Origin: Amphiscolops sp. MND2022
Taxonomy: Eukaryota
Assembly: GCA_964187785.1 (NCBI GenBank)
Contig: OZ076409.1
Span: 59,336,001 to 59,400,000, forward strand
Length of the DNA stretch: 64,000 nt
Direction: 5' to 3'
Positions 9,660-21,797 of this stretch are shown here, one piece after another. The position numbers and the translations under genes were made by a program. Position 1 is the stretch's first letter. Every line of letters starts with the position of its first letter. The notes under the pieces were generated by a model. The model was not told the origin of the DNA. It made no database searches and worked only from the letters and a program-made list of their open reading frames with translations.

Positions 9660-12600
9660 AACAATATTTTCCAAAGCTCCATCGTTGCTGGAAAGGTTTT
9701 ACCCTACTCTCAAATGCCAAATTTTGAATCAAAACGACAGATGAATGCACCTACTTTTAGGCATTTTCAGGTTACTAAATTTATTGATAATGAAAAACGT
9801 TATGCTTGGGATAACTTGAAAAACTTTTGCAGAATGGAGAGCGCATTTAAAAAATCAGCAAAATGAACAACATGTTCGTCAAATATCTTGGAACTGAGGT
9901 CATTCATCGAAAAAGTTTTCTAGCACCCCTTGTCAGTTTTAGTGTTCCTGGAAACATTTGAGGAACAAGGTTCTCTAAGCTGTAGTGGTTCGCAACTATT
10001 TGACGAAACCGAAGAATAGCCACTATGTCCTACCTCAAAACATGCGACAAAGGAGAAAACTAAGTTTTTCTCTAGTTCTTTTTTCGAGATGATTCTTCAC
10101 TCGCATTTCTTGTTTCATCAAAATGTTATGATATCATTTCATTAGAACGTTCATCAAAATATAGCAATTTTGTAGAAATTTATCCAATACGAAATTTTCG
10201 TAGTTTCACGATACCCAAAAAAAGGAGTTTTTGAAACATTTTGGAAGTTTATTCCATATTCAGGCAATGCATGTATAAGCAATTTTTCAAAATCAACGTA
10301 TGTGCATCATTTTGAAGCATTTCTACTTATTCAGCCAGAGACAGAGTTTTTGTCGGTAAGTGTACATTCTTGGTTTATTTGAGCGCTTCACAAGCATTAG
10401 ATTTTTCCATTCAAAAATTAGCTGAAGAGCTAAATGTTTCGTTTTTAATTCTCTGGCCATTCATATCGATAAAGGTTATAAATTGTACAAAACTATCATT
10501 AAAATACCGAAACATGATAGTCAATTTGACAATTTACATCTTTTGCCTTTTTGTTTAAAAAATTTTTACAGAAACATTCACAACTTTTCCTCAAATATAT
10601 AAGCTACGAACTTTCGTTTTTCGTCATTGATTTTTATTGAAGAACATGAACTTCTGAGTAGAAAACTGGACCATGGCAAAACTTGGAGATGATTTTTTGT
10701 TCCCATTTGGAAATTCGGTGGAAAAACTCGAATCCCGGAGGTAGATCTTTTCTTTTATAAAAGAAGTTTATAGTTTAAAAAAGACTATATAAAAAACTAT
10801 AGCTTATAAAAGACTATAGTTTCAAGTCTTTGCGGTCCTCACGTATCTGAAATATGCACAAAGATTATATATACTGCATCACCTTTTAATTTTCAACAAG
10901 TTTTGTTCCAAAAGAGGTCATTTTGCGCCACAAATAATCCGAAGTTAGTTTTCTAGCCAATAAAAGATTGGAAAATTGAGATTTATTCATAAAAGAAAAA
11001 TACTGCTAATTAAACGCGGCTGCTAATTGTCGTTCTAATTGGCAGTTCTGTCTTGATAACTGATCGATTTACAACAAACGTACGTCACCATTAAAATCTC
11101 TTTCCGTCACTATTTCATACATGGAAAACAAAAATTAACTTCTCAGTACTAAGTTTTTTCATACTAAATTAGCTCAACTTTTCATTGGAGATATTTTTCC
11201 ATAGGAACAATTTAAAAATTTAAAAAGAGGTGCTTGGCATATGCCTCTCAGAAGTTAAGTTTTTTTTGGAAAAAGTGCCAAGAATGGAAAGTTCCGAAAT
11301 AAGCTTGAAAGCTTCAAAATTTGTCCAAATTTCAAAGGTTTTCAGTGGTTCAAATTTATTGTCCACAGTCGAGCCATAAAAATGTCTGTTGTTAAGATGA
11401 ATTAAGGCGAAATCCCAACGCTTTGATTTGCTTCCATTTGCTTAAACAAGACAGTTTTTTCATCATCTGTACATTTTTGTCTCGTTTAAACGTGACTGAC
11501 GAATGCATACAATAGTTAAAGTCTGATGGAATTATAATACATTTTTTACGGGTTTAGGTTAGGTTGGGAAGTTTGCAGTTTTCCATCTTGCCAAACGCTT
11601 CCGAAAGGTATATATATATCCTCTGTTCATTTGTATTGGTGGTAATGTAATATGGGAAGAAAACGGTGTTTTCATTCAGCAAAATTGAAAGTTCGTTTTT
11701 ATTAAATGAAACTTGGTAATTCCGTAAGTTGTTTAGAAAACGATGCATTAATGTCTTCATAAATTTATGAAGGCTTGAATTGTTGCGAAGTTATTTACTG
11801 TGAGAAAAATTGCATAGAAGTTCGATAATACATGTAAGTTTAACAAAGTTACTCCCTATTCGCACCTCGAGATAATCATTAAAATGCAAATTTCAATGCA
11901 TTCAGTCGAAAATAATTATTCGTTTAATTTGATGTAAATCGGTTGAAATTCAAACTGTTCAAGATACTTCGTACAATATAATGCCAATGTTTTAGAATTG
12001 TATCTTGAAAACATGTAAAAATGTTAAATTCTGTGCTATTAGTTCCAAAGCGGAACATTCGCGCACGGAATTGGAAATGTGAATTTTTAAAATTTATTAT
12101 TCCTCTACAGTTTTTTCCCAGAAAAATCTAACTCGCTTCATAGCAATCGTTGATGGCAATGTTAATATATAGGTGTTTCTTTTCGTGTAACATACCCTCC
12201 ACATTTGTAAATTTTAAAGCCTTTTTTCTAGGAACCTTCTCATCACAGACGATGCATGTTACTGCTAAATGTTTTTCCAAAAAATGTTTAATTAGTTAGC
12301 TTCGAAAACGAAAATTTTCAGGGTGTTCCCCATTTTTGCTTTAATTTCATTACCAGAAAAACTTTAAACTGACTCAAAGTAAATACTATCCGACGAGACA
12401 GCCCGTTTTGCGTATATTACTGGCGTATATTTTTGTTATTATGCTATTTTTTTCACTGGGAAATAGACGATCAAAAATCGGAATTTCAACTTTTTTCGGA
12501 AATAGTTTTCCAAGCTAATAAAACCGCACAGATTAGAAATGTTTCCAAATTTTCTATCCAAAACATAACACTCACGCGGCAAGTTGTTTTGCGTACATTT

Positions 12601-13907
12601 ATAAAACTTTGCTTTTATAAAATAGTCGATCGAAAGTCGCGAAAAATTTTTTAAAACTTTCGGAAATTTCGTGTCAGGTGCCCAATTTTCAAACTTATGA
12701 GGCAATCTTCTCCAAACCGAAAATCGATACGGATGCCATGTTTTCGTTTCGTTGAAAGTTGCGCAAAAGCCTAGGCTATCTTTTTGTCGAACAAAATTTT
12801 CAAAAAATTTCTTCATAGGTTTTTTTCGAAGAAAAAATAAAAAGAAGGAATTATTGAGTGTTTCCTATCTTTGATCTCCTACATCTCAGACCCGAGACCA
12901 AATCCAAATGCGGAATCCATGGTGTCGTAAATTGTACCAGCGTTTCGTTGTCCACATTTTAGCCTAAAGCTGACGTCAAAATTGTCTGAAGCTTGTCTGA
13001 ATTTTTTTCCGATTTGTAGCTCATATTTCGCAGGACTAAAATAGATACGGAAACCAATCTCACCCAGAAAGTGCAGCAAAGGTATAGGCTAAAAGAAGTT
13101 TATCTGATTTCAGACCAAAAAAGTTTTTAATGGTTTTAACCCGAAATCAGCGGGTCTTCGAACACGTTCTGTGCCCTTTCATTTCCGTTTTGTTCTTTGG
13201 CAAAAGCCCTTTTAAGCACGAAGGGTGTTTTTGGGCCCTGTAAGACTTTTGGAATTTCTACAAAAAAGTTTTTCCCAGCTGAAAGATCAAAGCTGTTTTA
13301 ATTCAAGCTCGGCTCAAAATTATTTCTAAAGGCCCTGCTGAAGGTTCGTTCAAAATAGTAAAGTTTTTAAAATTTGCAATATTGTTGAACTTTCATCAAT
13401 TTCACAGACCCAAAAGACACGAAGCGGTACGCAAAAGACTCGAAAATCACTTTTTCCCCAACAGGAAACAGCAGAAAAATCATCTTGGTTAATCGAAAAC
13501 CTCTCAAAAGTCAAAAAATTGAGAAAAAGTTTTCAATTTTTTTTCAGAATATGTCTCCAGTAAGTCGCACATTCCCGAAACCCCCAAGGAGTCTTCTATG
13601 CTCTCAAAACTGTTGGTTCCTATAAAAATTGAGCGGGGCTTCGATAAAAACAAACTATAAAAGTCACATTGTACCGAAAAAACTCCGGTCTTGAAAAAAT
13701 GCGGATTGCATTGAAAAGTATGTCAGTGGATGTTTTGATATCAGACGAAGAATTTTGAAAGTCTTATAATGCTGAAAAATGTAGAAGGGCCATTTTGACC
13801 TTTTTTAACATCCTTCCTGTTGCAAAAAATCAAAATATTGAAGAGGGAACCTTTTAGAGACATTAAAAAATTTTCGAGAAAAAGTCTCACCAAGTCGAAA
13901 AAAAAAC

Positions 13908-16900
13908 AGTAGAAAGTTTCATAGTCCCGAAAAAAGTTTGAAAAAGGAGACCCTTCTGCTTCGGAATAGTTTTGTATTTCTTGTTAGAGGCTTTGGATGC
14001 GTTCAAAATCAAATTGGTAAAAAGTGCACAATGCACAAAAAATGGACCAATTGCGTTGAACTGACAAAAAAACAGACACTGTAAGAGTCGTGCTTTTTTT
14101 TTTCAAAAACGCCAATTTTTTAAAACAGGTTGCAGAACCTCCATTTTAGGAATATTTCTGAAGTTGAATTTTTCATTTTCGATTGAACAAAAACTTTTCA
14201 GGATGAAACTGCTACCAATACGTGTATTTCCTCAAAAGAAATATTATTTTTTCTATTAAAACTACTTTGACTTATCAATAATCGAAATTTTTTTAAATAT
14301 TTTCATCGGAACAGTGTAGGTTTGAGAGATCATTCAATAAAATCCAAACGGGAGAGCCAAACAGAAGATTTCATCAAAAGTTTTGACACCGAAAATGACA
14401 AAAACTCGAAATTTTTCGTTTTTCCCAGTTTTTACGCAATTGTTTTTGTCAAACTTTTGACCAACTTCGTGGATTGGAATGCTGAGAAACGTCAACAAGG
14501 AAAGAATTTTATTCCAGTAGGACTTTTTGAAGAGTTTTTTGCAGTTTTCTAATTTAAAAATACGTCAAATCAGCAACAAAATTGACAAAAAATATTCAAA
14601 GTTTTCCAATTTTTAAAGTTTTTATACAATTTCTGTCAAAATTCCGAAAGACTTCGAGAATTGAAATATTGATGAAAACGTTCATCAAGGCAGCAACTCG
14701 TTGTCCAGTAGTCTTGAAAGATGAGATAAAGTCAGTTTTTCATTCGAAAAAAGTCTAAATTTGAAACCGAAGTTGACAAAACTCCCCAAAATTTTCAATT
14801 TTCAAAGATTTTATGCAGTTTTTTTCCGAATTTTCGACAGACTCCGGAAATTGGAATATTGGATCGAGTCCGTAAGAAGTGAATTGGATATCCAGTATGC
14901 TTAGTGGAGAGATAAATGCAGTTTTGTAAAAACAGATTGTCTAGAATTATACATCGAAAAAGACAAAAGTTCAAAAATTTTTCTATATTCACCATTTCTG
15001 TTCAATTTTTGTCAAACTATCGATAGACTTCGTAGACTAGAATGGTAAACCCCTAAACAATGGGGAACTTGTTGTTTTTGTAAGCTTTCGTCAAGAGATA
15101 AGTTCAATTTCTAAAAGAGTAGAAAGTTTCATAGTCCCGAAAAAGTTTGAAAAAGGAGGGAGACCCTTCTGCTTCGGAATAGTTTTGTATTTCTTGTTAG
15201 AGGCTTTGGATGCGTTCAAAATTAAATCGGTAAAATGTGCACAATGCACAAAAAATGGACCAATTGCGTTGAACTGACAAAAAAAACAGGCACTGTAAGA
15301 GTCGTGCTCTTTTTTCAAAAACGCCAATTTTTTAAAACAGGTTGCAGAACCTCCACTTAAGGAATATTTCTGAAGTTGAATTTTTCATTTTCGATTGAAC
15401 AAAAACCTTTCATGATGAAACTGCTACCAATACGTGTATTTCCTCAAAAGAATTATTATTTTTTCTCTATCTATTTCGATATTCTCTAACTATTTCGACT
15501 TATCAATAATCGAAATTGACTTCCCAGAACGAAATATTTTAAAAAAATTTTTGATCTGAACAGTGTAGGTTTGAGAGATCATTCAATAAAATCCAAACGG
15601 GAGAGCCAAACGAAGATTTCATCAAAAGTTTTGAATTCAGGTGGTCACCTTATTGATCCCTGGATAAAATTTTTCTTCTTGGTTTTTTATTTTCCGCCCA
15701 TCTTTCATTTTTTAAACGAAATTTGCCAAGAATTAATTTCACTGAAACTAAATTTAAATTTATGGATGTTACCCATAGAATTCTACCCACAAAAATTTAG
15801 CTTGGTGCGATATGTATTTGTGGAGAATTCTGGACTTTTTTAGTTGACCCCAAGGACCCCAGAATGACCCAAAAATGAGAAAATTTGCAAAAATTTCCAA
15901 TTTTTCTACGTTTCAATGCAATTTTTTGATAAATATCGTGAATTAGAATTTTGAAAACGTTCAACAAGGCACGAAATCGTTGTCCAGAAGTCTTCTGTAG
16001 TGAGATAATTGCTGTTTTCCAAATGAAAAAGATCTCGAATAGACACCAAAAATGACAAAAAAAACCAAACATTTCCCATTTTAAACGTTTTTATGCATTT
16101 TTTGTCACATTTGCGACAGATTCGTCGTGGATTAGAATGTTAAAAACGCTCAAAATGGCACAAATAGGTTGTCCATTAGGCTCTTCCGGAAAGATAACTG
16201 CCTTTTATCTAATGAAAATGTCTCAAATTGACACCGAAAATGACAAAAACTCGAAATTTTTCTCTTTTGAAAGTTTTTACGCAATCTTTTTGTCAAACTT
16301 CTGACCAACTTCGTGGATTGGAATGCTGAGAAACGTCAGCAAGGAAAGAAGTTTATTCCAGTAGGCCTTTTTGAAGAGTTTTTTACAGTTTTCGAATTTA
16401 AAAATACGTCAAATTAGCAACAAAAATGACAAAAATATTCAAAGTTTTCCAATTTTTAAAGTTTTTATACAATTTCTGTCAAAATTCCGACAGACTTCGA
16501 GAATTGAAATTTTGATGAAAACGTTCATCAAAGCAGCAACTCGTTGTCCAGTAGTCTTTAAAGATGAGATAAAGTCAGTTTTATATTCGAAAAATCTAAG
16601 TTTGAAACCGAAGTTGACAAAAACCCCCAAAATTTTCAATTTTCAAAGATTTTATGAAGTTTTTTTCCGAATTTTCGACAGACTCCGGAAGTTGGAATAT
16701 TGGATCGAGTCCGTAAGGAGTGAATTGGATATCCAGTATGCTTAGTGGAGAGATAAATGCAGTTTTGTAAAAAAAAAAGATTGTCTAGAATTGACATCGA
16801 AAAAGACAAAAGTTCAAAAATTTTTCTATATTCACCATTTCTGTTCAATTTTTGTCAAACTATCGATAGACTTCGTAGACTACGATGGTAAACCCCTAAA

Positions 16901-16960
16901 CAATGGGGAAATTGTTGTTTCTATAAGCTTTCGTCAAGAGATAAGTTCAATTTCTAAAAG
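13908..16960. repeat. Recent local tandem duplication, arrangement A-B-A'-X-B'
   Basis: 13908-14385 matches 15118-15634 and 14382-15117 matches 16228-16960 with few differences; X (about 15635-16227) is missing from the first copy. Confidence 0.9.
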
Positions 16961-18300
16961 AAATGCTTCAAATTGATCCTGAAACTGTCGAAAAATTTGA
17001 ATTTTTTGTCGTTTTTGATGCAATTTCTGTTGAATTTCCAAGATTTTCCGTCAAAAGTTCAAACACAATCAACAACGGAAGAACGAGCTATGCATTACAT
17101 TTTTTGAAGAGAAGGTTTCAGCGTTTTGCATCAAAAACACTTCAGAATGACTCCAACTAGTTCAAAATAATTCAACATCTTCGTTTTTATACAACCTATG
17201 TCTACATTTTGAATCGTTTTGGAATCAGAATGATAGTAAAGATTCAGCAAAGACTGAACTCATACTTCTGTCAGCTTTTAAAGAAATATTTGCAAACTTC
17301 GATTGAAAAAAGAGGCCGCAAACAGTTGAAAGTGTCAAAATGTTTATCGATTCCTGGCAATTTCAGTTGATTTTAATTTGAGATTGGAACATTTTGGTAA
17401 GATAGAAGCTTCAAAGAGCTCCAGATGATGAAACTAGATCCACAGCACAGCACGTTTACAAGAACAATTTACATGTTTTATGGCAGTGAGTTTCTTCAGA
17501 ATGACCCAAAAATTGCAAAAATTGAGAATTTCCAAGTTTTTTTTAATTTTTGGCCGTTTTTTGTACAATTTCTGAGCTACTACCTTGCATTAAAAGGTTT
17601 AAAGGCTCAACAAGGACCAATCTTGGTATCCAATAGGCAGTTTTAAGAATATCATTGCAATTTCTTGATGGAATTGGCCTCAGAGCACCCAAAATCTATT
17701 GAACAAAAAGGCACGTTTTTTGACAAAGTATTCCCAATTTCTGTTCAAACCACAAATTTGCTCGTAAATAGAGAACTTGACCCGAGCGAAACAATAGGGC
17801 ATTCAAAACGCAAGTTCGGAAAAAAAAGTAGGCAGAAGTTTGTCGAGTTTACAACAAAGGTGTCAAAAGTTCTGATTTTCCTCCATTTCTATCAATATAG
17901 TCCCACTTTTTGACACTTTGCGAAAATTTACTTCAATCAGAAAACCCATAGGCTCAAGGTTGAAACGTGTAGCTACAGGTAGTGTTTCGAAAAGATATCA
18001 GACAAGTTTATTTGCACAACAAAAACGTTAGTTGAAATTGTAAATTTCGACCTTATTTGTCAAACATTCAATATTCAATAAGCTCCAAGCAAAATCACTA
18101 GATACCGAGTACACCTTCCAAAGGAAATTGTTTCGAGCTAGTAGAGTGGGTTAGATTGGTCTAAGCATTCAACAACAACTAAAATTGGTGTCCAGTAGGC
18201 TTATTTGTGTAGATTCATGTATGACAAGTTCCTCAAATTGATCATATAGTTTTCGAAAATCTTTCCAAGTTTTGACACTTCTGGTGAAACTATGTGCAAT
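14382..18300. repeat. Diverged ~185-bp tandem repeat array (interrupted by block A')
   Basis: TGAC(A/C)CNAAAA-like unit starts recur near 15864, 16042, 16228, 16415, 16602, 16791, 16973, 17147, with recurring TTTTGTCAAA and TGTCCAGTAG submotifs; right boundary approximate. Confidence 0.7.
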
Positions 18301-18979
18301 ATTACAACAAACTGGGACCGTTCAAGTTTCCTAAACTTGCAAATGACCTAGTGTCAAGAGTATACCATTTTCTCAGTGCCAAAAATTACCCCAAGAAATA
18401 CGCGAGACTCGGAGACCATTCTTTCCCCAACAGGATTCTCAAAAAGCCAATTTTTTTTCGGTAAAGACCTTTGATGGAGAAACGAGTTTCAGCTCACAAA
18501 CAACCTTTCTCTTGCTGAAATCAGCTATGAAATCAAGGAGGTACCCTTCGACCATTCGAAAATTTCGGAAAAACGCACAGAGAGGAAAAAATTGAAATGA
18601 GGTATTTTCCACAATCAACCTCATCAGTTCCACATGATCAAAAGTAACAAAGAGGTCATCCTAAAAACTCGGGAAACCTAAATCCTTTACAGAAAACCTC
18701 AAATCTAAAAAATGCGAAAATTTTTTTCGAAAATTGTTTCCAAAAAATGAAAAATTTCTTTTACTCAGTAAGTTGCATAGTGCCGAAAAAACGAAAACTG
18801 GCCAGATATTGCAGAAGTAATAAAATAGGAGTTTCCTTTAAAGAATTGCAAAGATGAATCAAAACTGTTTTTCGTCGAACTTCTCAGCATTTTTATAGAG
18901 CATTGGCTATTGTCAAACTTATGTAGTTCTTGGACAACTATTGGATGTTTGCGTTGGTGTGAATATCCAGATGATTTAA

Positions 18980-19547
18980 AACAAGCCGAGAACGGCCATA
19001 GTGAAAGGGGCCATATACCCCTATATCTAAGGCTCAAAATTGTGAAAGGGGGGACCCTTCGGGCTTTGTGAAACTCCAGCTGGTTGCCAAATATGAAAAA
19101 AATTGAAGGGGGTACCCTTTGGTGACTTTAAAAAATTTCCCAAAAAATTTTTGAAAAAAGTGATTTTTGAAAAGTGTCACAGTGCCGAAAAATGTAAAAG
19201 GGGGGACCCTTTGCGATTTTTTTGACATCCATTGTGTTGCAAAACATCAAAAAAAATTGAAGGGGGGACCCTTTGGGGAAAAAATTTTAATCCAAAAAGT
19301 TTCAAAAAGTCGCACAGTTCCGAAAAAAAGTGGGGATTCTTAGTGTGATTTCGAGGTTGTGGACGTCTGTTTTGTTTTTTCTTTTCGTTTTGGACGCTTC
19401 TGAGGTTGGAGTTGTTGAGGTTTGAAGTTGTGGAGGTTGTTGAACAAATGAACAAAAAGTGGACCTTTCGTGTCTAAAAAAAAAACAAAAAAAAACTACC
19501 CACTGTAATAGTCGGGCACATTTTCTACTAAAATGCGCCGACTAAAA
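18980..19547 (-). mobile_element. HINE/DINE-1-like element, variant with replaced 3' subTIR
   Basis: Plus strand AACAAGCCGAGAACGGCC...AGTCGGGCACATTTTCTACTAAAATGCGCCGACTAAAA; the AAGTCGGCGC motif is replaced by TAGTGAAAGGGGCCATATACCCC. Confidence 0.85.
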
Positions 19548-20815
19548 ATTAGCACCTCTACTCATGAATAATTAAGAATCATAATTGCTCGATGATCTTA
19601 TTTAGTTAAAACTAAGATCCCTTCTAAGACGTTTATTATTGGGTACATCAATATAAAACAACTTTACATTCAATTCAAAAAATTACTTTTTTAAACAAAA
19701 TAGGGGTTTTCATCTAGATATAGCCACAAAATAAATTTGAAATTATTATTGTATGTTTGTATGTATAATTTAAACGCTGAGGATAAGTTATACAAAGCTC
19801 TTCGACATTCTGAACCGACATGTCATCAAACATGAACCGACATGATGCATCAAAACACAGTTCTATGAACTTTAATGGCATTTGCTATACAAATAACTTC
19901 CAATATTTCTCTCTATGAAAGGTAACATGTCTTATCTTCATAACTTCCTTCAGATATTTTCAGGAATCAATTTTTTGTCACTAAAAAATCTTTTTTTTTC
20001 CATTTATTTCAGTGAAAGTTTATTCTCTTCCGGACCATCTACATTTTATCTACAAAACGTGTCAAATGAGTAGGACCATTTACGACCTTTTAATTTTAGG
20101 AGCCTTTAAATTTTAGGAACCTTTAAATTTTAATATAGTGACGGTTTTTCTCAGAAGTGAAAAATATTGTGAAAGGTTCGAGCCAACAAAAATACCATAG
20201 CAGAAACTTTGGAAGCTTGAAGTCTTCATGTTCATGAGCTTGAGAGTGACATATTTCCTTAGATAGTTGGAAAAATGCTTCACTCTTGTAAAAATCCAAA
20301 TAGACTTTTTAGTGAAGGTTAATTGTCGATTGAACCAGACGGGACCGTTGTTGATCAGTTTTTTGGAATCAAGTTATCAAAAGTGACCCTTTTTGCGGAT
20401 ATAAGGCAAATCTTTCTATTTATTTCCTCAACATTCCAAGCCTAGTTTGATGCCAATATAACCCGAAAGGTACTAAATATTCAACATAATTTTAGATTCA
20501 CATAAAATGCGTGCACGAATACATGTTAATATTGAAAATTTTTTGTAAGTATTTTAAAAAGTGATCGTGAAAGCACCATTAACACGAGTTTCACTATATT
20601 CACAAAAATTAACTGCTCGATACTGTTCTAGAGACCGTATTTCAGCATCTGGAATCTTATTTGAAATGGAATAATATCCCAACTTGAGTTAACCGTGTGG
20701 TAAAATGATATGATCAATTGCCATTTAATGATCTTCAAATGAAGAGCTAATTATCGCAGTAAACATTTCATAGTCAATAACGAATACAGTTGCAAAATTT
20801 GCACCATGATCTAAG

Positions 20816-21536
20816 CGGCATAGCGACAACCCATATCAGGCGACAGTTCATCAAGCGACATCTGATATCAGGTTCACCGATAGGGGACAAATACCTACAT
20901 TACACTTCAAGAACTAGTAATCAACTGCATTTAGAAATTCCAAAAATTATTTGGCCGCGGTCTGAAAAAATATGTTTAAATTTGATTGATTTGATATTAA
21001 ACTATTCATCAAAATGAAACAAAGATTCATGTTCGTAGATTTCAGTACCAAGTTTAGTTCCAACAGGGTTGTATTTTATGTGTAAACAGAATCGTATTTT
21101 CAGGATACCTCTAGGCTGTTATAGTTTCTGCTCCGTTTCAACTTATCAGTTGAGTTTGCAATAGCAATTCTCACACATTCCAGTTAACACGCGGTTGAAT
21201 ATAAAGAATCATTGATTACGAACCAAATAGCAAAATAGCAAGTAACATAAGAATGACTCTTCAGTTGAAATAACATACTGTAGGTGCGCGCGGTATTTTT
21301 ATCGCAAGGGGACTGAAAACGGACAGGATCGGATCTTTTAGTTGTGGTATAGCTAGAGACAATCAAAAATACCTAGGCCATATGGGGCTTGCATATGCGG
21401 CTTGAATTTCCTAAAAATGCTATCTGCGGTTTTGTTGATTTAGAGTGCGGATTGCGGTGGCCAACCCATGATATGAATTATCACTTGATATGAGATGTCG
21501 CTTTTCCAAGTTGATATGAGTTGTCACCGTGCATGG
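20816..21536. mobile_element. Old MITE-like element with subrepeat-containing inverted ends
   Basis: GCGACAACCCATATCA / GCGACATCTGATATCA repeats at left; reverse complements TGATATGAGATGTCGC / TGATATGAGTTGTCAC at right. Ends approximate, no clear TSD. Confidence 0.45.
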
Positions 21537-21604
21537 ATTTAAGCTTCATGACTAGGTATAAGCAGTTCACCATTTATAGGCTGAAATTTGATTAAAAAAT
21601 AATT

Positions 21605-21797
21605 AGGGATCTTTTTGTCAATGACCCCCCCCCCCCCCCCCCACAGTAAGCGCGGAAAATTTATTTCCCCCAGTTCACGCAATCGATTTGAGTTGCAGTT
21701 AGTTCAATGATAATTTCACTTCACGGCCTAAAATGGCGGGGGCCTAAAATGGCGGGGCGGTATTAAATTGGTGGGGGGATCAAGAGAAAAGAACCCT
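21605..21797. mobile_element. Short MITE
   Basis: TIR AGGGATCTTTT..TGACCCCCC versus GGGGGGATCAAGAGAAAAGAACCCT, flanked by AATT on both sides; internal duplicated GGCCTAAAATGGCGGGG. Superfamily unresolved. Confidence 0.6.
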
